Below the pieces are notes generated by a model. The model did no database searches, had not been told where the DNA came from, and was given only the letters and a program-made list of their open reading frames with translations. From Bolinopsis microptera (taxonomy: Eukaryota), in contig NC_087073.1 in NCBI RefSeq assembly GCF_026151205.1, forward strand, positions 10,202,636-10,266,635: a stretch of 64,000 nucleotides of DNA, read 5' to 3'. A program made the position numbers and the translations under genes. This document shows positions 35,830-48,236 of the stretch, one piece after another (position 1 is the stretch's first letter; each line of letters begins with the position of its first letter).

Positions 35830-35893
35830 AGATTCTTGTATCTGACTTCTGCTGCTTACTACGATGGCAAGAACGTCATGGGATTGGTGACAG
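35830..35893 (+). CDS. TEP1: TEP1 exon 11
   Basis: acatttcag|aga ... RFLYLTSAAYYDGKNVMGLVT |gttaat. The phase is consistent with exon 12. Confidence 0.45.
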
Positions 35894-36000
35894 GTTAATT
35901 TAGCATCCATTTAAATTTCCCCTTCATACTTAAACTTTCCTTAACACTGTTCTTAGTTTGTCCTTTAATGTTTGAGAACTGTTCTAAAGCAGAGGAAACT

Positions 36001-36520
36001 GTGCCCCAAGTGTGCCCCAAGTGTGCCCCAAGTGTGCCCCAAGTGTGCCCCAAGTGTGCCCCAAGTGTGCCCCAAGTGTGCCCCAGCTGTGTCCCAGCTG
36101 TGTCCCAGCTGTTTTCCCCGCCTATGCCCCAAGTGTGCCCCAAGTAACTTTTTGCCCCAAGTGTGCCCCAGGAATTTCAATTTTGTGCCCCAAGTGTGCC
36201 TAGCTAGATTACCAAGTGTGCCCCAAGTGTGCCCCAGCTGTGTCCCAACTGTTTTCCCCGCCTATGCCCCAAGTGTGCCCCAAGTTACTTTTTGCCTCAA
36301 GTGTGCCCCAAGAATTTTAATTTTGTGCCCCAAGTGTGCCTAGCTAGATTACCAAGTGTGCCCCAAGTGTGCCCCAGCTGTGTCCCATCGGTTTTCCCCG
36401 CCTATGCCCCAAGTGTGCCCCAAGTAACTTTTTGCCTCAAGTGTGCCCCAAGAATTTCAATTTTGTGCCCAAATTGTGCCCCAAGAATTTCAATTTTGTG
36501 CCCAAAGTGTGCCTAGCTGG
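36001..36520. repeat. intronic minisatellite: 11-bp (GTGCCCCAAGT)n, then ~120-bp higher-order units (gtgccccagctgtgtccca...ccccgcctatgccccaagtgtgccccaagtaactttttgcc.caagtgtgccccaagaatttcaattttgtgccccaagtgtgcctagctagattaccaa)
   Basis: Direct reading. It produces the spurious Cys/Pro-rich ORFs 35972-36343, 36012-36203 and 36229-36516 and antisense ORFs. It lies in the TEP1 intron between exons 11 and 12. Confidence 0.85.
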
Positions 36521-36678
36521 ATTACCAAATTCCCTAACTTGTTGATAATAACCTTATCTCTGTACACAATGTAACTTGTTGATAATAACCTTATCTCTGT
36601 ACACTGTGTAACTTGTTGATAATAACCTTATCTCTGTACACTGTGTAACTTGTTGATTATAACCTTATCTCTGTACAG

Positions 36679-36821
36679 GTCACATCATAGTACCTAACAA
36701 GAAAAAGAGTCTAGAGATAGTGGAGCGGGTGTTCAACTCGGCTGTAACAGCTATGGAGTGTGTTACAGACAAGGGGGGTAACTTGGTCATATTCGCGGGG
36801 AGCAAGGACGGTATTATCAAG
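36679..36821 (+). CDS. TEP1: TEP1 exon 12
   Basis: ctctgtacag|gtcac ... GHIIVPNKKKSLEIVERVFNSAVTAMECVTDKGGNLVIFAGSKDGIIK |gtaagg. It is preceded by four copies of a 37-bp repeat, each offering ctctgtacac/g. Confidence 0.5.
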
Positions 36822-37071
36822 GTAAGGGTTACAAATAATAATATTACAAATAATTAGCATAAGTAATGAGTATAAGTAATGAGTATAAATATTTGTAGAT
36901 CTAATATTACTTATTAGATCATAATAAAATGATCCAATATCTTATAGTAAAACCTTATCATAGTATTATAAGCCATTATAAGTACCCCTAAAATAATTAT
37001 GACACTGTATCCTAATCAATAGTTAATTAACGTACCTTTAAACTCTCTTTCTAAACATCTGTCTACCCCAG

Positions 37072-37257
37072 GTGTTAACAGCTGACCTGAAGGTGATGGG
37101 AATGTACCACACAAACGGTCCTGTCACCGTCCTCCGTGTTCTACGCCACCCTAACCGCCGAACCTACGACAAGGTGCCCGTTGTGGCTGGAGACAAGTGT
37201 GGCTGTGTCCACTTCCTTAAGTGGTACCCTCCCAAACGTAGCGTGGAGCTCAACTAG
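37072..37257 (+). CDS. TEP1: TEP1 terminal exon 13 with stop
   Basis: ctaccccag|gtg ... VLTADLKVMGMYHTNGPVTVLRVLRHPNRRTYDKVPVVAGDKCGCVHFLKWYPPKRSVELN*. This equals ORF-track 37072..37257. Confidence 0.6.
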   Translation: MLTADLKVMGMYHTNGPVTVLRVLRHPNRRTYDKVPVVAGDKCGCVHFLKWYPPKRSVELN

Positions 37258-39024
37258 AACTACTTCTGTAGAGGATCTAATGGGAGTGAAATGAAGTAAT
37301 ATCAGATGGGATCAGCTAAATGTGCAGGGAGAAATTATGAGAAATGGGAAAAAGAAATTTAATTAGTAAAGGTGATGAGGAAATTTGTTGTTGACGGTGG
37401 ATTTACCTGCTGATTTCAGCTGGGCCTGATGGTGTATAATAGTTGGTAGACCTTATCTACCAGCTATGTTGTAATAACTCAATCTGTTATCAGAAATATG
37501 TTAAACTGTATTTGCTATTAGTTTGTGGTATCGTATTTTGTGAGTATGATTTACGATATTATTATGGAATGATTACTAATCATGTGATATATTAATAGCT
37601 GTAGAATGTACAATTTGTACAATTTGAACATGTATTACGTAGTGTTATAACGGTATTTTCCTTGACCTTATCTACATGTTGTGTACTTTGTGTTACATAT
37701 TTGAGAGCTGGGTCCGGTTATAATCTAATAATCTGTTGCTTCATATTAGATATGGTTTTTAGTGATACACCAGTATACACCAGTATATAAGATAATTGTT
37801 AACTCTAGCTGGACTCCTGAAGCTTATAGTTGGTGTGAAATAGTACGTGTATATGATTTGGGGGCAGATCAAACTGTGTAAACTGTATTAACAACAATTT
37901 GCACAAGAAAGTGAAATGTTAGGAATGTGGCGTGTCATGCCGCCTGGATACCAGTCCAGCTATGTGACCCGCAATACTTCCAACATGCCCTCATATTTCT
38001 GGAAATTTGTAATAGTATGGAATTCATCATGACGTGGTCATTTGAAGCAATTTTGTGATGAATAAACTCAAAAAACCGTAATTTGAAACTCAGAAAATGA
38101 TTTGCTCTAATTTCCTGGAGATGAGTAACATCCCCAAATTGTATACATACCTACTACACGAAGCCATGCATTTAAATAGTTCCGTGTACATTGTACTTCC
38201 AGGACTCATCAGGTCACCACCAAAAGTATTTGAGATTTGTACTGCTGGAAATTTGATCCGCCTTTGGATTATGGCGATAAGACTGTTTATTTGTTACATC
38301 ACACCAATTTTTTGTATTTCCGATTTTCCATTCACTGCTTCACTGCATCAGTTTTCACGCTTATTGTATTACGCTTCATACCTCATGAGTTAATAATATT
38401 TTATCGATTTGACAGAAATTTCTATCATATTTCATTTGAAAATATTTGATCTAAGTTATGACTCGCTCATTTGGAAGTTAGTTTTTGCATGTGTTTTATA
38501 TAGTTTTTGTTTTATGAGTTTTTGAATAAAATTGTTTTAACGTTTAGTGTATGATATAATAAAAGTTCAGATCTACGTTTTCTTATAATAAATAATATAA
38601 TAATTGAACATTAAGATTATTCATTACTACTGCATAATATGATACCCCGCATATTATATAGTCCACTACATATTCCCACAGTCGCCTCCCCCCTTATGTT
38701 GCTCTACACGCTCATTAAGCTATTAAAGTACCTTGTCAGTGGGCGTGTAGTAATGGTGTTTCTCTCTCCCTTATATTGACCTGGACTGTATGACTGTGTG
38801 AGCGCTACCTGACGTTTTATGTCAGCTCTGCTCGCAGTTCCTTTTCTTGTATGCGAGGTTGTGCGTCTGCTTGTGCGTTTGTTCGTGCGTCGGTTTGCTT
38901 GCTGTATTATACTCATTTCAGTGATTCTTCTGTAGTCCGTGTTTTGAGTGTACATGTGAGAATTGTACATGATAAATATAACACACGTAATGATTGTGTC
39001 AGTGACACTACTGTAACTCTCTCA

Positions 39025-39025
<1 letters not shown>

Positions 39026-39094
<69 letters not shown>
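39026..39094. repeat. (CT)n dinucleotide microsatellite, ~34 units
   Basis: Direct reading. Confidence 0.95.
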
Positions 39095-39096
<2 letters not shown>

Positions 39097-40612
39097 TCTG
39101 TGTGATATATACAATTTACAGTGTGTGACTCAGCTGTGGTGTGTTCTAGATCATGTCACGAATAAAGTATCTTTTCTCCAGAGTAACAATCATTAGTACG
39201 ATCCCTGTGTGCTGGAAGCTTTGTTAGCTGCAATCATTCTCACAATGATCTGATATTGTAACTAGATTTCCTAGAGTGTTTCAATCGAATTATTTCCTCT
39301 TCCTCGAGAGAGACTCGTAGAACATTTCGTGTTTTCCTCGAACTACTCTACGTTTTCTGTTAACCTTGTAAGTGACACTGTCTACATTCACAAGAAATTT
39401 ATATGAGCATTACTCAGAATACTGTACAGTAACTGCCGATGTGAAACTTATTGTTTAGTAGTAGGTGTCTGCATCACTAATGATATATGTTCACTAGTTC
39501 CTGTTACCTGTGTTATGTTGTCACAAAATATCAGTCTACTGTTTTTTATTATCGTCACTGATCTTTTCTAGAAGTTAATTCCGTTGAGTAGGGTAGCTCC
39601 CTGGAATTGATGTGTTTCATAACTCTCATTAAATCATGTTGAAATGTTAAAACTCAAAATTCTGCCCCATTACGAGTTTCGTTTTGTTGAAGAGGCTGTT
39701 CGAATATTGTCGTGGATATGTTAGTAGTTTTATTATCGCTAGTTTATATTTTGTTTTTATTGTGATTATAGTTTGTTAGCTGTGCTAATGTAGCTTATTA
39801 TTGGAACTTTGAAAGTTTGAAAATTTAGTATTCAAGTAATTTTTGCGTGTGTAAGTTTAAGTTTAAGTTTTCATTCCAAAATGACGTTTTACTCACGCTT
39901 CAAGTACAATTCCTGTTCGTATACTAAAGACGATCGTTTAACTTATATTACTGCTTAAATGTATTTAAAAAGCTGTTCTTGATTCCAATTACAATAATAT
40001 CCTAAACAGACTCGCTAAATTTAACCTACAACTCTTATTCTAGGAACGATTATGACATGAAGACCTTACACACGGTGAGTTGAACATTTTCATCTTACTT
40101 TTATACAATGCACATATTTAACATATCTATGGATTTAAGATATATTTCAAAAATGCACAAGCTAGGAAGAAACTTCCACAAAATTTAGAACTGTCTGTTA
40201 CTTAGTAGAGTAGAAGTAGTAGAGTAGAAATATTTGAATAAAATATATCTTAATATCTTAACAATTCAAAGAATTCAACCAGGAGTATAAAATGTAACAC
40301 TTACAAAATACCTTTAGTATGCCTACTAAGTAAATAGATCTTGCAAAAATGCGAATAATTCAGGAGTATAATTGCGGACAATCTAGCAATACACGATAAA
40401 TTAATATACATGACATATTATGCTTTGAATCGTCTACATTGTACTTCTCACAATAGCCACATAATTTTGCTAACAATACTTTAATTAGTTAAAAGAGATA
40501 ATTACATGTCATTGCTAAAGTGGTGTGTTATAATGTCGTTATTTTGCAGTAAAAACAACAGCATTCTCTTCATCCCTTTCTCATTTCGTCCTAACTCCTT
40601 ACTGCAATCTGG

Positions 40613-43555
40613 TTGTTGTTTGAGTTGCTTTTTTTCATAGTTTCATTCATTGGACAGTACTCTCCTTTGGATGAAATGCTGGAATCGTGCCAGGTTTCAG
40701 ACACAGCGATTCGAATACATCAACGGACTCCGTATTTACCATCTCCAATAAAAAGTGAGCATGATGACATACCAGCAGAATGTACGGAGTTTAAAGAACA
40801 AATTGACAGTTGCTATGAGGAAATTGTACACTGGAAAAAGAATATTTTTGAGCCCCCAACATGTAAGATAGGGAGGGAATTTGTAAAGGAATTATCTACG
40901 TGGCTTGAACATTTTAATATAGGATCAGTTTATTAGTGTTCATCAATCAAAACATTTATTGTCCTTCCTGCTCTGCTTCTGCAAAAGCCATCCGCAAAAA
41001 GTAAAAAAGCTGAACATAAAGTCCTGTTGAAAAAACGGTTAGAATTATGGAGGCAGGGGAATATTTCTGCACTTATGAGGGAAGCAAGAACTATACAACG
41101 ACAACTAGCGAGGAGCTCTCGGAAGCAAGAAAAGGATTGTGCGAGAAAATTTGCCAACCTCATGTTTGAAGGGAAAGTCAGCTCTGCGGTGCGCATGTTG
41201 TGTGATAACGATAACAAAGGAATACTAGAAATGTCTACAGAGACTATGGACCAGCTATTGAAGAAGCATCCAGAACCAATGCCTATAGTGGAGAATAGTT
41301 TACTTTTTGGACCGATCGAGGAAATAGAAGAATCGTTGTTTTATAATATAGACGAGACAATGGTATTTAGGGCGGCAAAATTTACTAACGGTTCTGCTGG
41401 ACCATCACAAACTGATGCTGATTTTTTTAGATTCATTTTGACGCATAAGAATTTTAAAGAAGAGGGAAAGAAACTGAGAGATGAGATTGCTAAGTTTGCA
41501 AGGTTGATCGCGTCAAAACCGTATAATCCTGATCTGTTGGACTCCTACGTTAACAGTAGACTCATCCCGCTTAACAAGTGCCCAGGGGTGAGGCCAATAG
41601 GAATAGGGGAAACTTTTAGACGAATAGTGGGAAAATGTTTGAGTTGGGAATTGAAAACAGCGATCCAAGTTGCTGCTGGACCACTGCAGGTTTGTACAGG
41701 ACTAAAAAGTGGATCGGAAGCGGCAGTACATTACATGCGGGAGCAATTCGAAACAGAATCTGCAGAAGCAGTGATTTTAGTTGACGCCAGTAACGCTTTT
41801 AATTCTGTTAACAGACAAGCTCTCTTACACAACGTGAGAGTACTATGCCCGGAGTTGAGCATGATTGCAATCAACATGTACCGGAAACCATGCCGGCTAT
41901 TTGTTGGGGGAGCTGAAATCCCGAGTCGGGAGGGTACAACCCAGGGCGATAACCTGGCAATGTCGCTTTTTGCCATTGCAACTCTACCAGTACTACGGAA
42001 ATTAGAAGATCACGAAAAAGTGGCACAAGTATGGTTAGCAGATGACGCCACAGGAGTGGGTACTCTTCACGCACTTTTAGGATGGTGGAAAGATATCATT
42101 GAAGAAGGACTTAAGTATGGCTACTTCGTGAACCAGGAGAAATCTTGCTTGATCCTGAAAAATCCCGAACATTTACATACAGCTCAGGAAATATTTTCCG
42201 ATTGCAATATAGATATCAGAATAGATGGTCAAAGGCATTTAGGAGCTGTGCTGGGGACGCCTGAATTCAAGGATACCTACATTAACAACCTTGTATGTGA
42301 GTGGAGTGATATGCTAAAAAAGTTAGTACAGTTTGCCAAATCACAGCCTCAGGCAGCCTACGCTTGTTTTACGCACGGTGTCCGCCACAAATTTACATAT
42401 TTTATGAGGACACTAGATATCAGCTCTTATATGGGCCCTCTTGACAAAATAATCACTCATGAGCTTATTCCAACTATATTTGGTTGTCCAGTATCTCCTA
42501 TACACCGAGAGCTTATGTCATTACCATTAAAGAACGGAGGTATGGGAATGCCACAGTTGGAGTATCTAGCGAAAAGAGAACATGCTGCATCGCTTTTGGT
42601 AACCCGGGGACTGGTAAATTCCATGAAAGGAAAATCTCTTGCTACAACTGACACGGAATCGAGAGATGAGCTTCAAGATATGTTAAAACAGCGTGTTTTG
42701 GAATATAAAGAACAACAAGAGGAGATACTTAAAAAGGTTGACAAGAAGACTGCAAGGATTTTGGAGCAGATTAGCGAACCAGGGAGCTCAAATTGGCTCT
42801 CATGTCTACCACTAAGAAAACATGGTTTCGTTCTAAATAAATCTGAATTTAGGGATTCTATCAGATTGCGATACAACTTAGATCTGGATCGTTTACCTTC
42901 ACACTGTCCATGTGGAAAAACGTTTGATGTGAACCATTCTCTAAATTGCCATCTTGGTGGCTACATCATTATCAGACACAACGAAATTAGGGATTTTTTA
43001 AGAGGCTTGTTGAAGACGGTTTGCTCGGACGTGGAAGTTGAACCTCAGCTTCAAGAACTAGAAGGAGAGCAGTTCACGAGGTCTTCGACACTTACGGGTG
43101 ACCAGGCGAGACCGGATATAAAAGCTCGTGGTTTCTATAGGGCAGGCCAAGTGGCTTTTTTCGATGTTAAGGTAATTAATCCTAATTCTAATTCCTACCT
43201 TCAACATTCGACAAAGAAAGTCATGGAGAATGCCGAGAAACAGAAATCCAGATGTTACAACGAAAGGATTTTAAATGTAGAGCACGGATCATTTGCTCCA
43301 TTAATCTACTCAGTGACGGGTGGCATGGGACCGCAGGCTAAGACGTTCGAGAAACTACTATGCAATAAACTTGCATATAAACAAAAACAGAATTACAACG
43401 ATATTATTAATTATTATCGGTGTAAGTTATCTTTTTTAATTAGAAAAATGATTTTATTATGTATAAGAGGATCTAGAAAAACCTCAAATAGAACTGTAGA
43501 ATTATCTAACATGGATGATTTAGAATTTAACTCTTTCGAATCGAAAGTTAATTAA
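40613..43555 (+). mobile_element. RLE-type (R2-superfamily-like) non-LTR retrotransposon. It has a reverse transcriptase plus a CCHC zinc knuckle plus a restriction-like endonuclease, and no APE domain. The N-terminal region is probably 5' truncated. The reading frame is broken by one in-frame TAG at 40934
   Basis: ORF 40613..40936 and ORF 41027..43555 are in the same frame (both = 2 mod 3) and are separated by one stop. Reverse-transcriptase motifs RPIGIGE, ILVDASNAFNSVNR, QGDNLAMSLFAI and LADDATGV are present. The C-terminus has HCPCGKTFDVNHSLNC, RHNEIRDFL, RPDIKA and FFDVKV. An AT/TAA-rich tail (43770-43850) is a possible 3' end. Confidence 0.7.
41027..43555 (+). CDS. LINE pol (reverse transcriptase + CCHC + restriction-like endonuclease)
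   Basis: 842-aa ORF; the motifs are listed in the mobile-element entry. Confidence 0.75.
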   Translation: MKKRLELWRQGNISALMREARTIQRQLARSSRKQEKDCARKFANLMFEGKVSSAVRMLCDNDNKGILEMSTETMDQLLKKHPEPMPIVENSLLFGPIEEIEESLFYNIDETMVFRAAKFTNGSAGPSQTDADFFRFILTHKNFKEEGKKLRDEIAKFARLIASKPYNPDLLDSYVNSRLIPLNKCPGVRPIGIGETFRRIVGKCLSWELKTAIQVAAGPLQVCTGLKSGSEAAVHYMREQFETESAEAVILVDASNAFNSVNRQALLHNVRVLCPELSMIAINMYRKPCRLFVGGAEIPSREGTTQGDNLAMSLFAIATLPVLRKLEDHEKVAQVWLADDATGVGTLHALLGWWKDIIEEGLKYGYFVNQEKSCLILKNPEHLHTAQEIFSDCNIDIRIDGQRHLGAVLGTPEFKDTYINNLVCEWSDMLKKLVQFAKSQPQAAYACFTHGVRHKFTYFMRTLDISSYMGPLDKIITHELIPTIFGCPVSPIHRELMSLPLKNGGMGMPQLEYLAKREHAASLLVTRGLVNSMKGKSLATTDTESRDELQDMLKQRVLEYKEQQEEILKKVDKKTARILEQISEPGSSNWLSCLPLRKHGFVLNKSEFRDSIRLRYNLDLDRLPSHCPCGKTFDVNHSLNCHLGGYIIIRHNEIRDFLRGLLKTVCSDVEVEPQLQELEGEQFTRSSTLTGDQARPDIKARGFYRAGQVAFFDVKVINPNSNSYLQHSTKKVMENAEKQKSRCYNERILNVEHGSFAPLIYSVTGGMGPQAKTFEKLLCNKLAYKQKQNYNDIINYYRCKLSFLIRKMILLCIRGSRKTSNRTVELSNMDDLEFNSFESKVN

Positions 43556-46500
43556 TTTTTTCAGTCCCATGGACTGGTTTTTATTTTTGACAATGATGAT
43601 ATTCATTATATATAACCTGTAATACTATTCTGTATATATCTAATTTCGTTTTCCAAAAAAAAAACTCCTTTATAATTCTCTTTGTGACCGTTTGTGAGCT
43701 ATGTAGTATGTACCTGTATAAAATATCGTAACCGTATGTGGTAATTTGTTAGTCGGGGATGTGTACTTTGCTGAACGTAATTATATAATAATATAATAAT
43801 ATAATGTATAACTTATCGTATATAAGATAATGTATAATGGAAATTAGTTACTTAGTAGTCTGGTATTTGTAGGAGTCCGGAGAAATACATATTATTTTGT
43901 AATTAGTGGTGGTTTTGTTGTAGTTTTTTACTGAGAAGGCCGTTACACAATACTTAGAACAATTAGCCTTACGTTGTGTGTTTCCCTTCTTGTCCAAAAG
44001 CATTGTTTTTTTTGTTGTTGTTGGGGACCGGCCCGAAGTACCAGCCAATGTTTACTAAAAATATATACAATAAGTGTTATCAATTCAAAGTCAAAAACTC
44101 TCACAAGTGACAAGATTAGATATTATTGAAACGATTAAATTTGTACTTAGATCAATGTTAGCCACGTTTTGACAAAGGTTTAAATCACAACCCTTTATCT
44201 GAACACCTTATCCTAACCACACTTCATTAACCTTGTGTAATGCCTGTCAAGTGTCGAGTGCTTTGTATTTTGGCAACCACACTCACAGTTTATGTTATTT
44301 TTGGCAGGGTAACTATGGTAACTATGGTAGTATCGACTACTTAGCTGGAAATCACTTGTAAACTTCCTCCCATATTTGTACCGTAGTTAATCGTATAATA
44401 TGTGATAGCCAACCCGGGGCCGTGATAATTAATCAATCAAACTTATGATTATTTGAGCTTTGCAGTAATCAAGACAAATGTGACATAATCTCTGTGCTAT
44501 TAAACATCAATCTTTATTGCTTTGCTATTTCCTCCGCATAAGTTTAATCCACCAATACGGTATAATGTGCTCCTCGGATCAGCCATTCTGTCAAGAATGA
44601 GATAATTGCGATCCTTTTCATCTTACTAATCTATATTGACATCAGCACATTTTCGTTTTGTTGTAATGCCTTCCATTTGCTTGCGCCGTGCTTCATAGGG
44701 CTTGATTCGCTACTTCACTTACCATTATCGTTATGATTTCCTTGAACGGGGCTTCCAAACAGGAAATCAGTGTGCTGTTTTGAGTTTTGTCAGTTCAGCA
44801 AATACTTAACACAAGTTGTGCAACGTTATCGCTGAAAAGTGAAACTTGTTGAGCGTTATATTGTGAGGATTGTGGTTTATAGGATTCGAGATTTATGTCG
44901 ACCTTACCGCTTGACTTTGTCCTTAACGTCCTAAGTACACAAAAGGCTATATATTATATAGCCTTAGTGATAGAGAGCACTAAACTATAATATAGTCCTA
45001 TTCTAGTATACTCAGCTATACTAGGAAACACTAGCTTCTTAAGATCGATATAGAATGTATTAATAGAAAGTTAGAGAGGCAGCTAGTAGCTGTGTAGACA
45101 GCTAAGTGCTATTTTCACTCTTAATGTTTTAGTGCTTATTGTTTGTTATCTGTTTAATATTTTGAACTATTAGTATTTGTCGTTGTCTGCTTTTATTGTG
45201 TTATAATAAAATGACAATGGTACGCTTTACTTTTATATGGTAAATTAATTCAATGTTCTAAATAACTATAACCAATAACCTTTGCCACGTGAAAATGTAA
45301 AAGTGTTTCGTCGCATTATAACTTTATCCAGACTTTGTGCCTTTTCTGCGTTCTTATCTCCTCGCATGGCTCCACTCCGCTTCACCAGCTCCATTTACTT
45401 GAATGTTCCTATTTTTACCACAATATTACATTTATCACGTCAGTACTTGTATTGCTGGGGACCGTCTGTATCGTGTTCTTTGTTTCCTTTCTAAAAAACT
45501 CTTTACTAGCTTGAGTCTCTGCTAAGTTCAGTTTTAGATCTGAGTTTCGCAAGTTTGATGACCTGCCAGACAGAATATCTTTATAAATTCGAAGTGTGAT
45601 TTCAATTTGGCTGCCTGGTTTACACCAGACACACGCACGTGATTGGTCGATCCAAGATCACGTGACTAAATGAGGGCTTCCTATTCGCTAATCACAGGTC
45701 ACACACGTGAGTGTCTGCCAGTACACCATCTCCCGGCATATCCTACTTGAATGTTTCGTTTAGCTCGTGGAACGTGTACTCTGTTTATTAGCCGTCTTGT
45801 TGGTTTATTCGTGATAATACATGAACATCTAATTTAAATGAAGCTGCTGGTGCGTAATACAGGTACAACGATCAAAAGCACGACTAAAAGCTCGAATCCT
45901 CTTTAAACAAATTGAATTTCTACGATTCTACTCGCCCATCTGATTGGGTGCTGGATGCCGGTACCATCCAACTGCCACCTGATGACGTGTCCCACTACAA
46001 TTAATATAATTACTTTGTGCAATACGTTAATACCTTGGTTCTGTTTCAAGTAGCTTTGGTAATATTTCGTTTCTCATACCTAGGCCAGTTACGTACTTAC
46101 TAGCACTTTCTTCTGCAAGCAGAACGAATAGAACTATATTCTATTTAAAAAAGCAACTGCAGATGTAATTACCTAATATAGAGGTGAAATCAGCATCTTC
46201 GTGACGAAACATCTTTACTTACGTCAAGCCTCAAGGGGTTGCATTTTGTTTCATAATGCACGATACTTGAATAGATTTACTTCGAATACTTGAATATTTT
46301 AATATTTTAGTTTCAATGCAAACCAAATCTTTTGTGTTTCTGTAATTTCACTTACCCAGTTCATTTTGATCCCCCGACATCAATCTTCTGTCTCGAATAA
46401 GGTTGTAGCCCCTAATGCACCCTATAGAGATCTAAAGATATTGCAAAATCATTGTCTCTTGCAGATTCTTGCATACAGTTAACTCCTTTATAAAATTATA

Positions 46501-48147
46501 CGTCTCCTAACCTCACCTGAGATTGGCTAAAAGGTTCCTGCAAGTCCCTATATTTTGTACATAGTTACATCGCAAAGCACTTTGATTATATTAAACTGCT
46601 GGTTAGCTGCTTCTTCAGCTTTACTATATCAATCGTTTTTGGATATCTTTAGTTTCGTTCGTATATATATTACATGAACTTTGGATTGGGTGATTCAGTT
46701 CATTCGCAACCTTCAAAATACTGTCACGTGGCAAGTTGAGCCAATTTTAGTTTCTGTTTGTTACATATTTTAAATATTTACAACATGTTAAATATTTAAA
46801 TTCACCACTCGCGTGCTCTCACTCGTGCTCTTGCATCGACCTGTAAATTAACACTGCGCTGTGTGCAAAGAGATTTGCACAAAGCTTATATCGATCAAGA
46901 TTCTTGTCTCATTTGAGCAGCTATCAGTCGTTATGTATTGTTCACATTTAAATTGTACACACTACACACGTACTGAGTTCTTAATTCTAACTCATGCGAG
47001 GAAAATTCTGTGAGACCGCAGATCTGGCAACCCGCCAAGTAGATCACAGGATCGGAATGTGAAATTGAGAGCACGTGATATTGACAATTCTGAACGAGCT
47101 GTAGCTTTCTTGAAGAGTCTCTATTTAAGTTATTGTTGTGTTGTGAGTTACACAAATGCCATTATAAGACATAACGGAGTTACATCTGATGAGCATTGAG
47201 ATGTTAAAATGTTTCTTGTTTGTTGAATTGGTAATCATGTATGTGATCAAGAAGCTAACCTGAAAACGCGATTACATGACAGCAATTTAGTTTCCTGTAT
47301 CGCAAGTAACAAAGTTACAATACTTGTATCCATCCTAATGTAAACTCAAAGGTCTCATATCTTGCTGTTCACTGTTGCAGGTATCATTCAGTTTGCAAAC
47401 TTATTCTTCTTTTTGTCTTATACCTTTTCGGGAATGATTGCTATTCTGAGAAGAGCTTTATTGCAATTGAACAAACAATTTGCGTGACTCGAGCGTCATT
47501 CAAACCAAGTATGATGCAATGAATCTTATCTATGTAGATTTAATTTCACAGCATGTACACTTGCTACCAAAGATAATCCATCTCAAATTACACTTCTATT
47601 TGTTTACGATCTAGAAGCTTCTTACATGTAGACAGACGTGTCTCCTGTAAGTCGAATCCTTGCCACCGCAAATAGCCCGCTTCTGCTCCACGATAATAAC
47701 TTCGCCATCTGCAAATGCATGTAAATGATGTATTTATCGTGCACGCGTGATGTAAATCGTACAATGAGAATACAGAAACCTGGAACTGGACCAATACATG
47801 CATGGTGCCTAATAATCACGTGACAATAGTTTCATGGTACTCACCGGTCACGTGACCCATACTTTCGAGTGAAATTAAATTGACTTCTGGGGATTGACAA
47901 TGTCCTGATTTCTCGAATACAATACCTGCCAAGATTGCATTGTCCATTGTGTTGATATTAATTGTATTGCTTGGTAAGTATTACTTTGCTGCGAGCTCCA
48001 CAACCTGTCCTCCATTAGTCTGCCATTAGTCTGACATTAGTCTGCCATTAGTCTTCCTCTGGGTGTTACCTCTGTTTTACAGTGATGATTCGTAAAAGTC
48101 AGGCTCCGGATTTGTCGTCACTGGTCAGTCAAGCTAGTTCTAGACTC

Positions 48148-48236
48148 CAGTTCTAGTTCTAGTTCTAGTTCTAGTTCTAGTTCTAGTTCTAGTTCTAGTT
48201 CTAGTTCTAGTTCTAGTTCTAGTTCTAGTTCTAGTT
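48148..48236. repeat. (AGTTCT)n hexanucleotide microsatellite, ~15 units
   Basis: Direct reading. It produces the spurious 'ELELEL' ORF 48118-48309. Confidence 0.95.

Noticed and set aside
45600-47860. Recurrent palindromic E-box motif TCACGTGA (45658, 45688, 47818, 47847; also at the E termini at 4014 and 20692).
   Set aside because: CACGTG is a 6-bp palindrome expected frequently by chance in 64 kb. It shows no organised array.
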